Source: Chloroflexota bacterium | GTDB taxonomy: Bacteria > Chloroflexota > Dehalococcoidia > Lucifugimonadales > UBA1127 | Reading direction: 5' to 3' | Assembly (NCBI GenBank): GCA_026713825.1 | Contig: JAPONS010000051.1 | Location: 17,885-81,884 of the forward strand | Length of the DNA stretch: 64,000 bases | Shown: positions 34,632 to 43,920 of the stretch, in pieces | Numbering within the stretch: position 1 is the stretch's first letter | Layout of the letters: every line of letters begins with the position of its first letter | Position numbers and translations under genes: made by a program | Notes under the pieces: generated by a model | Told to the model about the DNA's origin: nothing | Database searches by the model: none | Seen by the model: the letters and a program-made list of their open reading frames with translations, nothing else

Positions 34632-36143
34632 CTAGCCGGTAGACTCCATCGGCCCGGTGTAGGGCAGGGGCTCGGAGACCATCTCCCGGATGCGGTCCAT
34701 CATCTCGCTCTGGTCGTAGCCGCGGTAGAGGTTCACACGGTTGCGGTTGGGGTCGCCGCCGTGCCAGTACTCGTAGACCTCCTGACGCATGGCGAACGAG
34801 GAAGCAGCGAGGTCGTGGGCGAAGCGGAAGAGGCGGGACTTGTACTCGACGCCGACGTCCTTGCCGCGCATGTAGCGGTCGAGGTAGGGGCGGATCTCGG
34901 GGTTGGCGAGGTCGCGTTCGCTAGGCTGCATCAGGACGCCGGAGCCGGCGATCTGCCGGAGCAGCTCCACCATGCGCTGGGAAAACTGGGCGAAGAAAAG
35001 GTTCATGCCGGTGCCACGACCCAGGGACATCAGGCCGCCCTGCGTCATGTAGGCGCCGTGCTCCAACCCGTTCATGGCGTGGCGCCACACCTCCGTGAAC
35101 ATGATCATCTCGCCGAGCTTGGCGGCGACCTCACGGAACTCGTTGACGCCGATAGCCTCCGCGATCATTGAGGCCACGGCCGTCATGGTCTTCATCCGCT
35201 CATGGATACGGACGTAGTTGCTCCAACCCATGAAGTTGGCTCCGCCGGCCAGCCGCTGCACCATAGCGGATGCGTCATACAGCATGAAGACACGGTCCCA
35301 AGGCACCAGCACATTGTCAAAGAAGAGCATGCAGTCCTGCTCGTCGTACCTGATGCCAAAGGGGTGGCCATAGTGTCCGGGGTACTGCGAGACGGGTTCC
35401 CGGCAAAAGATCTTCAAGCCCTTGCTGCCGGACGGAATGGAGAAGGCCTGGATGAAGCGCGGGTCAGCCCGGCGGACGAACGTGGCGGAGAGGGAGACGT
35501 AGGTGTCGTTGCTCATGTGGGCGGCGGTTGAAACCTGCTTGCCGCCGGAAACGATGATGCCCTCATTGGTCTCCTCCACGACGTGGAGGGAGAGGTCCTC
35601 TTCTTTCACCTGCCGCGTCTCATTCTGAGGCTGCAGACTGCGGTCGACCTGCGGGTCACCGAGAGCGTGCGTCAGGAAGATGTCGTTTTCCTGGCAGAAC
35701 GTGTGATAGTTGACCACGTTTTCGCCGAAGTCGCAGTGGGGATTCTTGACGGCGCTCAGGGCCTCACGGTTGTTGTACAGGCCAAGGACGAACTGGGGCA
35801 GGAGGTCAGGACCGCGCCCAAACTGGCCCCACGCCTGCTGGTTCCAGATCTCGCTGTTGCGGCGCTTCTTGCGCAGGTCCTCGGCGCTCCTTGGCAAAAG
35901 GTATGAGAGGCTGCATCGGATGCCGCTCTCCGGCGAGACAAAGGTCATCTGGTCACGATATTCGTCCGTGTGCTGGAGTTGGTAGATGCGGGCAAGCTCG
36001 TCAATCGTGTCCTTGAAGGCGGGATGCGTCGTGACATCGGCCACCCTTTCCCCGTCGACCCAGACTTCCCGGCCGTCGCGCAGGCTCTCCTTGAAGCTCT
36101 CAGCGGTATGCGCGCCATGGGGTTTCGTTGTTTCGGTTACCAT
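34632..36143 (-). CDS. HpaB-family flavin-dependent monooxygenase, oxygenase component (4-hydroxyphenylacetate 3-hydroxylase / 4-hydroxybutyryl-CoA dehydratase family)
   Basis: About 500 aa with family-typical blocks (THPAFKDTIDELARIYQLQH..., HALGDPQVDRS, FAHDLAASSF). I set the start at ATG 36143, behind GAGGAGG. Confidence 0.75.
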   Translation of the reverse strand: MVTETTKPHGAHTAESFKESLRDGREVWVDGERVADVTTHPAFKDTIDELARIYQLQHTDEYRDQMTFVSPESGIRCSLSYLLPRSAEDLRKKRRNSEIWNQQAWGQFGRGPDLLPQFVLGLYNNREALSAVKNPHCDFGENVVNYHTFCQENDIFLTHALGDPQVDRSLQPQNETRQVKEEDLSLHVVEETNEGIIVSGGKQVSTAAHMSNDTYVSLSATFVRRADPRFIQAFSIPSGSKGLKIFCREPVSQYPGHYGHPFGIRYDEQDCMLFFDNVLVPWDRVFMLYDASAMVQRLAGGANFMGWSNYVRIHERMKTMTAVASMIAEAIGVNEFREVAAKLGEMIMFTEVWRHAMNGLEHGAYMTQGGLMSLGRGTGMNLFFAQFSQRMVELLRQIAGSGVLMQPSERDLANPEIRPYLDRYMRGKDVGVEYKSRLFRFAHDLAASSFAMRQEVYEYWHGGDPNRNRVNLYRGYDQSEMMDRIREMVSEPLPYTGPMESTG

Positions 36144-36271
36144 AGCTGCCTCCTCGTAGCGGCCCCTGCCAGTACGTGTCTTGCCACAAGTTTCTGAATG
36201 AGGGGAGTCCCAATCCTCGGTTCCGTAGCATACGCCCATGCCGTCGGCTGTTCAAGTGCAGTTTTACATCG

Positions 36272-36288
36272 CACGCGCGCTGCGCGTG
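36272..36288. promoter_or_regulatory. Palindromic operator-like site abutting the -35 box
   Basis: CACGCGC-GCT-GCGCGTG, a 7-bp inverted repeat with a 3-nt spacer. It ends 2 nt before TTGACA at 36291. Confidence 0.35.
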
Positions 36289-36290
36289 TG

Positions 36291-36319
36291 TTGACAGTTA
36301 CAGGGGGCAGGAATAGCAT
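36291..36319 (+). promoter_or_regulatory. Sigma70-type promoter candidate for the TPP-enzyme/Rieske operon
   Basis: TTGACA (36291-36296), 17-nt spacer, TAGCAT (36314-36319). It lies about 50 nt upstream of ATG 36369. Confidence 0.55.
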
Positions 36320-36368
36320 AACGCCACTTATGTCGGAGCATCAGAATTGCGAATAATGGAGGTATAGG

Positions 36369-38075
36369 ATGGCAAAGACTGTCCAAGTAGACACGGTTGC
36401 CGAGGCGTACCTGGAGTTGCTGGCGGCACGGGGTGTGGACTACTTCTTCGGCAACGGCGGCACGGACTTCGCGCCCATTGTCGAGGCCTATGCCAAGCGG
36501 TTCACGCAGGAGCAGATGCTGCCCAAGCCGATTCCCGTTCCCCACGAAATCACGGCTGTGGCTATGGCGCACGGCTACACGATGGTGACCGGCAAACCCC
36601 AGGTGGTCATGGTGCACACGATCCCCGGCACGGCCAATGCGACGAGCGGCATCATCAACGCCGCTCGCTCCAACACACCGATGCTCTTCACCGCCGGACG
36701 CACGCCGTTGACCGAGGGCGACCTGAGTGGCTCTCGCGACGGCGGCATCCACTGGGCACAGGAGTCCTTCGACCAGGGTTCCATGGTGCGCGAGTGGGTA
36801 AAGTGGGACTACGAACTGCGCTCTGATTCCGACGTTGAGGGTGTGGTGGACCGGGCGATGGCGCTTACGCAGTCCGAGCCCGCCGGCCCCGTTTACCTGA
36901 CGCTGCCCCGTGAAGTGCTGGGTAAGCGCATTGAGGAGTTTTCCTACGCGGACAAACCTCGGATGGCGCCTGCCAAGGAAACCATGCCTTCTCCGGAGGC
37001 CATTGAGGAAACCGCACAGGTACTGGCGTCTGCCAAGAACCCGATACTGGTCACACGAGCATCGGGCAGAGACACCGGGGCGGTTGCGCCACTGGTGGCG
37101 CTGGCCGAGACGCTGGGCATGCCCGTCTTCGAGTCCGGGCTCTCCTTTGTCAACTTCCCACAGGGCCACCCGCTGCACGCCGGCGGCGATGTTGCAAGCG
37201 CCCTGGCAGAGGCCGACGCTGTGATAATCATGGAAGTCGACGCGCCCTGGACGCCCAAGCGTACCGGGCCCCGCGAGGACGCGACAGTCATCGCCATCGG
37301 CGAGGACCCCCTGTACTCCCGCTACCCCATCCGCGGGTACCGCATTGACGTGACGCTGGCTGGCAGCCCCAAGCAAACGCTCACGGCGCTGAACGAAGCC
37401 GTGCAGCGCATCGGCGTGGACTCCGGGGCGGTGAAGGAACGCACAGCCAAGTGGGCGGAGGCTCGGCAGAAGCGAGGAGAGGCCACCGCAGCAAGGGCCG
37501 AGGCCGGCAAGGCTGAGGTTCCAATCAACAAAGCTTACTTCAGCCGCGAACTGGGGAAGGCATTGGACGACGACACCATCGTTCTCTCCGAGCTCGGCAT
37601 CGACTTGACCCAGATTGCCTTCACATCGCCGGGCGCCACCTACGGCATCTCGCCTGCAGGCAGCTTGGGCTGGGCCGTGGGCGCGGCCCTTGGCGCCAAG
37701 CTGGCAGCCCCGGACAAGACCATCGTGTGCTGCGTGGGCGACGGCTCCTACATCTTCGGCTCCGGGACCGCGGGCCACATCGTCTCACAGGCCCAGGACC
37801 TGCCGGTGCTGTACATTGTTTGGAACAACGGCATCTGGAACGCCGTGAAGAGCTCAGCCCGGAACATGAACCCGAACGGCTACGCTGCGCAGACGGACAC
37901 TTGGGCCGTGACAACGCTTTCTCAGGGCTTCAACTATGAAATGATCTGCCAAGCGTCTGGCGGCTATGGCGAGCGGGTGGAAGATCCGGCAGAGGTCCCG
38001 GCCGCCATCCAGCGCGCGCTGCACGCAGTGCGTGTTGAAAAGCGTCAGGCCCTGCTGAACGTTGTAGGCGGGTAA
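36369..38075 (+). CDS. Thiamine-diphosphate-dependent enzyme (acetolactate synthase large subunit / benzoylformate decarboxylase-like)
   Basis: N-terminal Pyr domain (FGNGGTDFAPIVEA) and the C-terminal TPP motif GDGSYIFG...NNGIW. Confidence 0.85.
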   Translation: MAKTVQVDTVAEAYLELLAARGVDYFFGNGGTDFAPIVEAYAKRFTQEQMLPKPIPVPHEITAVAMAHGYTMVTGKPQVVMVHTIPGTANATSGIINAARSNTPMLFTAGRTPLTEGDLSGSRDGGIHWAQESFDQGSMVREWVKWDYELRSDSDVEGVVDRAMALTQSEPAGPVYLTLPREVLGKRIEEFSYADKPRMAPAKETMPSPEAIEETAQVLASAKNPILVTRASGRDTGAVAPLVALAETLGMPVFESGLSFVNFPQGHPLHAGGDVASALAEADAVIIMEVDAPWTPKRTGPREDATVIAIGEDPLYSRYPIRGYRIDVTLAGSPKQTLTALNEAVQRIGVDSGAVKERTAKWAEARQKRGEATAARAEAGKAEVPINKAYFSRELGKALDDDTIVLSELGIDLTQIAFTSPGATYGISPAGSLGWAVGAALGAKLAAPDKTIVCCVGDGSYIFGSGTAGHIVSQAQDLPVLYIVWNNGIWNAVKSSARNMNPNGYAAQTDTWAVTTLSQGFNYEMICQASGGYGERVEDPAEVPAAIQRALHAVRVEKRQALLNVVGG

Positions 38076-38106
38076 GTCAAGCACTACCTGGAAAGGAGCA
38101 TGGCAA

Positions 38107-39477
38107 ATGCTGACCACAGAAGACAATGAACTCTTGACTCGAGTTGGTGCGGGCACGCCCATGGGCGAGCTGCTGCGTCAGTTCTGGCACCCGTTCATGC
38201 CCTCCCGCGACGTGGAGGTCGACGGGCCGATGAAGCGCGTGCGTCTGTTGGGCGAAGACCTCGTCTGCTTCCGCGACTCCAACGGTGACGTGGGCCTTGT
38301 CGCAGAGAACTGCCCGCACCGGGGCGCGTCGCTCTTCTTCGGCCGAAACGAGAACGCCGGCCTCGCCTGTAACTACCACGGCTGGAAGTTCGACACCACC
38401 GGCGCCTGCATTGACATGCCGAATGAGCCGGCGGAGAGCAACTTCAAGGACAAGGTGCGCGCGACCGCATACCCCGTCCGAGACGTCAACCACATGCTGT
38501 GGGCCTACATGGGGCCGCGGGAAACGCCGCCGCCCTTCCCCGCATTTGAGATCAATACCCTTCCGGAAGAAAACGTGCTTCCTCCCCACATCATGGTTGA
38601 GGAGTGCAACTGGGTGCAGGGACTCGAGGGCGACCTTGACTCCTCGCACGTCTTCTTCATCCACGGCCGGCTGCGAGAGGAGCAGGTGGGACCGAAGGGA
38701 GTGATGCTGGGCGCGTGGGCGCACGATCTGGCGCCAACCCTGGAGGTGGTCCCCCAGCCATACGGTGTCGTGTACTCTGCGAAGCGGCAGTGGAAGAGGG
38801 ACAGCTCCGAGGTCTACCACCGAATCACGCAATACATCTACCCCTACTTCAGCATGATCGCGGCAGGCAGCCAAAACTCAGTCTCGGCCAGGGCATGGGT
38901 GCCCATCGACGACGAGTACCACATGCTCATCAGCATGCGGGGCAAGTTGGATGGCCCGGTCACTGAGGAAGAACGGGCGCGGGCGCTCGACCCCTTCGTG
39001 CTGTCGGGCGGCTACGTGGAGGAGACGCCGGACCCGCGGACGCGGTACCACACGGCGGCCAACAAGACCAACGACTTTCTGCTGGACTACGAAATCCAGA
39101 AGACGCTGAACAAGTCCGGCATACCCTTCGCAGGGAATCTGCAGGACCGGGCAATGACCGAAACAATGGGCCCCATCTATGACCGGCGCAAGGAGCACCT
39201 GGGCACCAGCGACCGGATGATCATCATGGTGCGCAAGCAGTTGATGGCCGCGGCGCGGCAATACATGGAGGATGGGTCAGTGCCCGCCGTCGTAGACGAC
39301 GAGAGGCTGTACCGCGTCCGTTCGGCGTCGATCATTCTCCCTCCGGGAGAAGACTGGAAGGCACACACTGACAAGGCCCGTAATGCCGACGCCGGCGTGC
39401 CAATCGCGGCAGTGCCGCTGGGTGGCTCGGATGAGTTTGCACCGGCCATCGGCAAGGGCGTAAACCCATACGCGTAG
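38107..39477 (+). CDS. Rieske [2Fe-2S] non-heme-iron oxygenase, phthalate-family
   Basis: CPHRGASLFFGRNENAGLACNYHGWKFD and LEGDLDSSHVFFIH. RBS GAAAGGAG. Confidence 0.88.
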   Translation: MLTTEDNELLTRVGAGTPMGELLRQFWHPFMPSRDVEVDGPMKRVRLLGEDLVCFRDSNGDVGLVAENCPHRGASLFFGRNENAGLACNYHGWKFDTTGACIDMPNEPAESNFKDKVRATAYPVRDVNHMLWAYMGPRETPPPFPAFEINTLPEENVLPPHIMVEECNWVQGLEGDLDSSHVFFIHGRLREEQVGPKGVMLGAWAHDLAPTLEVVPQPYGVVYSAKRQWKRDSSEVYHRITQYIYPYFSMIAAGSQNSVSARAWVPIDDEYHMLISMRGKLDGPVTEEERARALDPFVLSGGYVEETPDPRTRYHTAANKTNDFLLDYEIQKTLNKSGIPFAGNLQDRAMTETMGPIYDRRKEHLGTSDRMIIMVRKQLMAAARQYMEDGSVPAVVDDERLYRVRSASIILPPGEDWKAHTDKARNADAGVPIAAVPLGGSDEFAPAIGKGVNPYA

Positions 39478-39528
39478 CGGAAGTGAGACCGCACCGGCCC
39501 CGGAAAGCCTAAGAGAGGAGGCATCGCG

Positions 39529-40785
39529 ATGCTGACAAGGGAAGAGAACGATCTCATGTGTCGAACGGACAAAGGCACGCCCATGGGGGAGTTCTGTCGG
39601 CGCTTCTGGACTCCGGTGCTCCTCTCTGAGGAGATTCCGGAGCCGGACTGCCCACCCGTGCAGAGCAAGATTTACGGCGAGGAGCTGGTGGTCTTTCGCA
39701 CCACCAGCGGCAAGGTGGGCGTGCTCAAGGAGTTCTGCCCCCACCGTCGCGCCAGTCTCTTCTACGGCCGGAACGAGGAAGAGGGCTTGCGTTGCGCCTA
39801 CCACGGCTGGAAGTTCGACATCGAGGGCAACTGCATCGACATGATGTCGGAGCCCGCGGACAGCAACTTCGCCAGCAAGGTCAAGATTCTCGCCTACCCC
39901 GCACAGGAGGCAGGGGGTTTCGTGTGGGCGTACATGGGCCCGCCGGAGCTGGAGCCTCCCATGCCGGACCTTGAATACTTGAGTGTGCCTGACAACCAGC
40001 GGCAGACGAGCAAGGTGCTCTACGAGTCCAACTTCGTACAGGTCATCGAGGGCGAGATTGACACCGTGCATGCATCCATCCTCCACAGCCGGTTGGACGC
40101 GCTGGAGAAGTCGGCAACGGCGACGACACTGGCTGGCCGCTACTCGTACCGGGACCGTGCGGCCCGCTTCCACGTCGAGGACACCGAGGGCGGTATCCTC
40201 ATCGGCGCCAAGCGCAACGCCGAGGAGGACTCCTCTTACTGGCGCATCTCGCGCTGGCTTTTCCCTTGGGTCACCATGATCCCTCGGGAGCCGCACGGCC
40301 CCTGCCGTTCCGGCCTCATTGTTCCCATTGACGACGAGACCTGTTGGTTCTACCTGTGCCGATGGAACCCCTACGGCCCCCTGGAGGGCAACTGGAATGA
40401 GGCTCCGCGCGACGGTATGGTGCCCGGCACGTGGCTGGGCAAGGCCAACTCCACAAACCACTACCTGATCGACCGGCAGGCACAAAAGACCGAAACGTTC
40501 AGCGGCATCCCCAACAGCATGGGCCGCGCGCAGGACGCCGCTATGACGGACAGCATGGGCCGCATCGTCGACCGCACCGAGGAGCACCTCGGCACCACGG
40601 ACACGGCAATCATTCGCATGAGGCGCCGGCTGATCGTGGCCGCCCGGGAGTTGGAAGACGGCATCGAGCCATACGCGCCCAGCCACCCCGAGGTCTTCAA
40701 GGTGCGGTCCGGCGGCGCGCTGCTCCCGCGCGAGGTCTACTTCAAGGACGACCCGGTTGTGTGGGAGGACATTACGGTCCAGTAG
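39529..40785 (+). CDS. Rieske [2Fe-2S] non-heme-iron oxygenase, phthalate-family
   Basis: CPHRRASLFYGRNEEEGLRCAYHGWKFD and IEGEIDTVHASILH. Confidence 0.88.
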   Translation: MLTREENDLMCRTDKGTPMGEFCRRFWTPVLLSEEIPEPDCPPVQSKIYGEELVVFRTTSGKVGVLKEFCPHRRASLFYGRNEEEGLRCAYHGWKFDIEGNCIDMMSEPADSNFASKVKILAYPAQEAGGFVWAYMGPPELEPPMPDLEYLSVPDNQRQTSKVLYESNFVQVIEGEIDTVHASILHSRLDALEKSATATTLAGRYSYRDRAARFHVEDTEGGILIGAKRNAEEDSSYWRISRWLFPWVTMIPREPHGPCRSGLIVPIDDETCWFYLCRWNPYGPLEGNWNEAPRDGMVPGTWLGKANSTNHYLIDRQAQKTETFSGIPNSMGRAQDAAMTDSMGRIVDRTEEHLGTTDTAIIRMRRRLIVAARELEDGIEPYAPSHPEVFKVRSGGALLPREVYFKDDPVVWEDITVQ

Positions 40786-40895
40786 CTTAGAGCGGTTTTC
40801 AGTGGTAGGCTAGCAGGCTAAGGCTACCGGCATTCACCAGTAGCATTTGCGGTTTGTCTTCAGACGTAGCGCAACAACAAAGAGGAGGCAAGGGG

Positions 40896-42152
40896 ATGCT
40901 GACCAGGGAAGAAAACGAATTCCTGTGTCGAACGGACAAGGGCACGCCGATGGGCGAGTTCTGCCGCAGGTTCTGGACGCCGGTGCTCCTCTCTGAGGAG
41001 ATACCGGAGCCGGACTGCCCGCCTGTGCAGAGCAAGATCTACGGCGAGGAATTGGTGGTCTTTCGCACCACCAGCGGCAAGGTAGGCGTGCTGAAGGAGT
41101 TTTGCCCCCACCGTCGCGCGAGCCTCTTCTACGGCCGCAATGAAGAAGAGGGTCTGCGCTGCGCCTACCACGGCTGGAAGTTCGACATCGCGGGCAACTG
41201 CGTCGACATGATGTCAGAGCCGGCGGACAGCAACTTCGCCGAAAAGGTCAATATCCTGGCCTACCCCGCGCAGGAGGCGGGTGGCTTCGTGTGGGCGTAC
41301 ATGGGCCCGTCGGAGCTTCAGCCGCCCATGCCGGAGCTGGAGTACCTCACGATAGCGGAGAACCAGCGAGAGGCCCGAAAGGTGTGGTACGAGTCCAATT
41401 TCGTGCAGGTCATTGAGGGAGAGATTGACACGGTGCACGCTTCCATCCTGCACAGTCGATTGGACGCCCAAGAGAAGGCTGCAACAGCGACGACCATGGG
41501 TGGGCGTTACTCGTACAACGACCGCCCGGCCCGCTTCCACGTGGAAGACACGGACAGCGGCATCCTCATCGGCGCCAAGCGCAACGCCGAAGCAGACTCC
41601 TCTTACTGGCGCATCTCCCGCTGGCTCTTCCCGTGGGTCACCATGATCCCCCGTGAGCCGCACGGATACGCTCGGTCGGGCCTCATCGTACCCATTGACG
41701 ATGAGAACTGCTGGTTCTACCTGTGCCGCTGGAACCCCTACGGGCCTCTGGAGGGTCAATGGACTGAGGCGCCCAAGAGCGGGATGCTCCCCGGCACGTA
41801 CAAGGGAATTGCGAACAAGAGCAACCACTACATGATTGACCGGACTGTGCAGAAGACAGAGACCTTCAGCGGAATTCCAGACAGCATGGGCCGCGCGCAG
41901 GACTCGGCAATGACGGACAGCATGGGCGCGATTGTGGACCGCACGGAAGAACACCTGGGCACCACGGACACGGCCATCATCCGCATGCGCCGGCGCCTCA
42001 TCATCGGCGCGCGCGAATTGGAAGAGGGCATCGAGCCTTACGCGGCCAGCCACCCGGAGGTGTTCAAGGTGCGCTCCGGCGGCGCAGTGCTGCCTCGTGA
42101 TGTCTACTTCAAGGACGACCCAGTCGTTTGGGACGACATCACTGTGAAGTAA
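40896..42152 (+). CDS. Rieske [2Fe-2S] non-heme-iron oxygenase, recent tandem duplicate of 39529-40785
   Basis: Same motifs, and nearly identical protein and DNA over most of its length. I set the start at ATG 40896, behind AGAGGAGG; the ORF track begins at 40854. Confidence 0.88.
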   Translation: MLTREENEFLCRTDKGTPMGEFCRRFWTPVLLSEEIPEPDCPPVQSKIYGEELVVFRTTSGKVGVLKEFCPHRRASLFYGRNEEEGLRCAYHGWKFDIAGNCVDMMSEPADSNFAEKVNILAYPAQEAGGFVWAYMGPSELQPPMPELEYLTIAENQREARKVWYESNFVQVIEGEIDTVHASILHSRLDAQEKAATATTMGGRYSYNDRPARFHVEDTDSGILIGAKRNAEADSSYWRISRWLFPWVTMIPREPHGYARSGLIVPIDDENCWFYLCRWNPYGPLEGQWTEAPKSGMLPGTYKGIANKSNHYMIDRTVQKTETFSGIPDSMGRAQDSAMTDSMGAIVDRTEEHLGTTDTAIIRMRRRLIIGARELEEGIEPYAASHPEVFKVRSGGAVLPRDVYFKDDPVVWDDITVK

Positions 42153-42170
42153 GCGGATCTGGCAAGGCAA

Positions 42171-42209
42171 CGACGGCGGGAGGTCGCTCGAATGCGTCTC
42201 CCGTCGTCG
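42171..42209 (+). terminator. Hairpin after the Rieske triplet
   Basis: CGACGGCGGGAG (42171-42182) pairs with CTCCCGTCGTCG (42198-42209): 12 bp with one mismatch and a 15-nt loop. Confidence 0.45.
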
Positions 42210-42253
42210 CATGTTTGGCGCGATTGGTCGTAGCATGCACCTGAATTCAATGA

Positions 42254-43201
42254 ATGGATGACACCATGCCCAATCAGCTTCCGCCCATCACCCACATCTA
42301 CGCCGGCAACCCCCTCGACCGCGGTGACCAGGAGCGTCGAGACGAGGGTTGGCTTCGGGACCGTGCACTGGATGCAACCAGCAAGTTCCTGCCACTGTGG
42401 GAGAACACGGTCCTGGTCAGCAGCTCGGATGAGCACGACCTCGGCTGGATTGGGCTGGACGACGTGCAGCGGCTGGGTATTGAGGTGGAAGGCATCTTCC
42501 TTGGACTGCGAGACGGCGCCGCCCACTTCACGGTGGACATCACACGCAACGAGGCTGCCTCCGAGGCGTTGCGCGCCGACGAAGCATGGTCCTTCGAGGA
42601 CACGCGGGGCGTCACTGATCTCATCAGTCTTGCAGACTCGGGCATCGTCGCGCAGGCGCGGGCGCAGGTGAACTGGCACAACCGGCACGGCTACTGCTCC
42701 GTGTGCGGGACACCTACGGAGATGCGGCGCGGCGGCCATATGCGCCTCTGCCCCAACTGCAACTCGCAGCACTTCCCGCGGACGGACCCCGTCGTCATCA
42801 CCGTCGTCGCCGACGGCGACCGGTGCCTGCTGGGGCAGTCGCGCGGGCGGCTGCAGGCGATGAACCGGTACTCGGCGCTGGCGGGCTTCATGGACCAGGG
42901 CGAGGCGATAGAGGAGGCGGTGGCGCGGGAGATCATGGAGGAGTCGGGCATCCGCGTGAAGAACGTGCGCTACCACTCGTCGCAGCCGTGGCCGTTCCCG
43001 TCAACGCTGATGATCGGCTGCCACGCGGACGCGGCGACGACGGACATCCACATGGACACGGGCGAGATGTCCGATGTGCGGTGGTTCTCCCGGGACGACG
43101 TCACGAGCGCCCTCGCCGGCACCAACGAGAACCTCGCGCTGCCGGGCCCCATAGCCATCGCGCACCACCTCATCAAGGCGTGGGTGGCGGGAGAGGTGTA
43201 G
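42254..43201 (+). CDS. nudC: NADH pyrophosphatase (Nudix hydrolase NudC)
   Basis: Zinc ribbon CSVCGTPTEMRRGGHMRLCPNCNSQHFPRTDP. Nudix box GFMDQGEAIEEAVAREIMEESGI. The SQPWPFP motif is present. Confidence 0.88.
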   Translation: MDDTMPNQLPPITHIYAGNPLDRGDQERRDEGWLRDRALDATSKFLPLWENTVLVSSSDEHDLGWIGLDDVQRLGIEVEGIFLGLRDGAAHFTVDITRNEAASEALRADEAWSFEDTRGVTDLISLADSGIVAQARAQVNWHNRHGYCSVCGTPTEMRRGGHMRLCPNCNSQHFPRTDPVVITVVADGDRCLLGQSRGRLQAMNRYSALAGFMDQGEAIEEAVAREIMEESGIRVKNVRYHSSQPWPFPSTLMIGCHADAATTDIHMDTGEMSDVRWFSRDDVTSALAGTNENLALPGPIAIAHHLIKAWVAGEV

Positions 43202-43203
43202 AG

Positions 43204-43911
43204 TTGCAGAACAGGTGGTTTGGCGAGAAGAATGACTACTTCAAATACAGTGTAATACGGCATCTACTTGCGTATGGTAGTTTACGTGTGGCAGTCAACT
43301 GGATGTTGATGCCGGACGCTGGCAATCTAGACCTGAGTAAGACCAGCTATCTCAGAAACCCCAAACATCACTTCAGGAGCTTCGACCCGTACGTCTTTGA
43401 CTACCTACAGGAACAAGTAGTGCAGCGTAAGCAGTTCAATGTCTCGGTGATGGCATTGGGAGGCCCAATTGCGAATTGCCAGTTCTTTGATGACTATGTG
43501 CCTCAAGACCAAGGAGAAAGGCAGAGATGGTTCAACAAGTTTCTTTCTAGTGCTAATGGGATTCCTGTGATGTTTTTTGACCCTGACACTGGAATTGAGC
43601 GGGATTCATCAAAGGGTAAAGACAGGGTGAAATTCATATGCTGGGATGAACTGCGATACGCGTATGGGCTAAACCACACTCTTCTAATCTATCAGCATAG
43701 AGATCAAGGGCTGTCTCCCCGCTGTTCAGCCCTGAGCCGTCTTAGTGAGATTCAGGAAGTATTCCCCGACACTAACGTATGGGTGATATATTCTAGTACA
43801 GTTGCTTTCTTCTTGTTAGGGCAGCCACCGCACTTCAAGCAAATAGAAAAGGCTGTCGTCTCCCTTAAACAATACTGGCGAGCTTACCCTGTGTCAGTCC
43901 TTTGGCCATAA
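43204..43911 (+). CDS. Uncharacterised protein (~235 aa) in an AT-richer island; motif order reminiscent of RlmJ-like Rossmann proteins
   Basis: The AT-richer reading frame begins right at the nudC stop. The candidate start is TTG 43204, behind GGAGAGGTG. Motifs: GEKNDYFKYSVIRHLL near the N-terminus, VMFFDPDTGIE mid-protein, and KFICWDEL...TLLIYQH. The upstream part of track ORF 42703..43911 is an out-of-frame overlap with nudC. Confidence 0.55.
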   Translation: MQNRWFGEKNDYFKYSVIRHLLAYGSLRVAVNWMLMPDAGNLDLSKTSYLRNPKHHFRSFDPYVFDYLQEQVVQRKQFNVSVMALGGPIANCQFFDDYVPQDQGERQRWFNKFLSSANGIPVMFFDPDTGIERDSSKGKDRVKFICWDELRYAYGLNHTLLIYQHRDQGLSPRCSALSRLSEIQEVFPDTNVWVIYSSTVAFFLLGQPPHFKQIEKAVVSLKQYWRAYPVSVLWP

Positions 43912-43920
43912 ACCTTTGCG

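Noticed and set aside
36264-37778. 504-aa minus-strand ORF opposite the TPP-dependent enzyme
   Set aside because: It is an antisense shadow ORF of a gene with clear TPP-binding motifs. Its composition is dominated by R/G/A/V and I recognised no motif.
42703-43203. N-terminal 167 codons of track ORF 42703..43911
   Set aside because: This part overlaps nudC out of frame and is Arg/Gly/Pro-rich. The composition and the plausible protein sequence change abruptly at about 43204, where an RBS plus TTG start follows the nudC stop. Only the downstream ~235 aa are treated as a gene.
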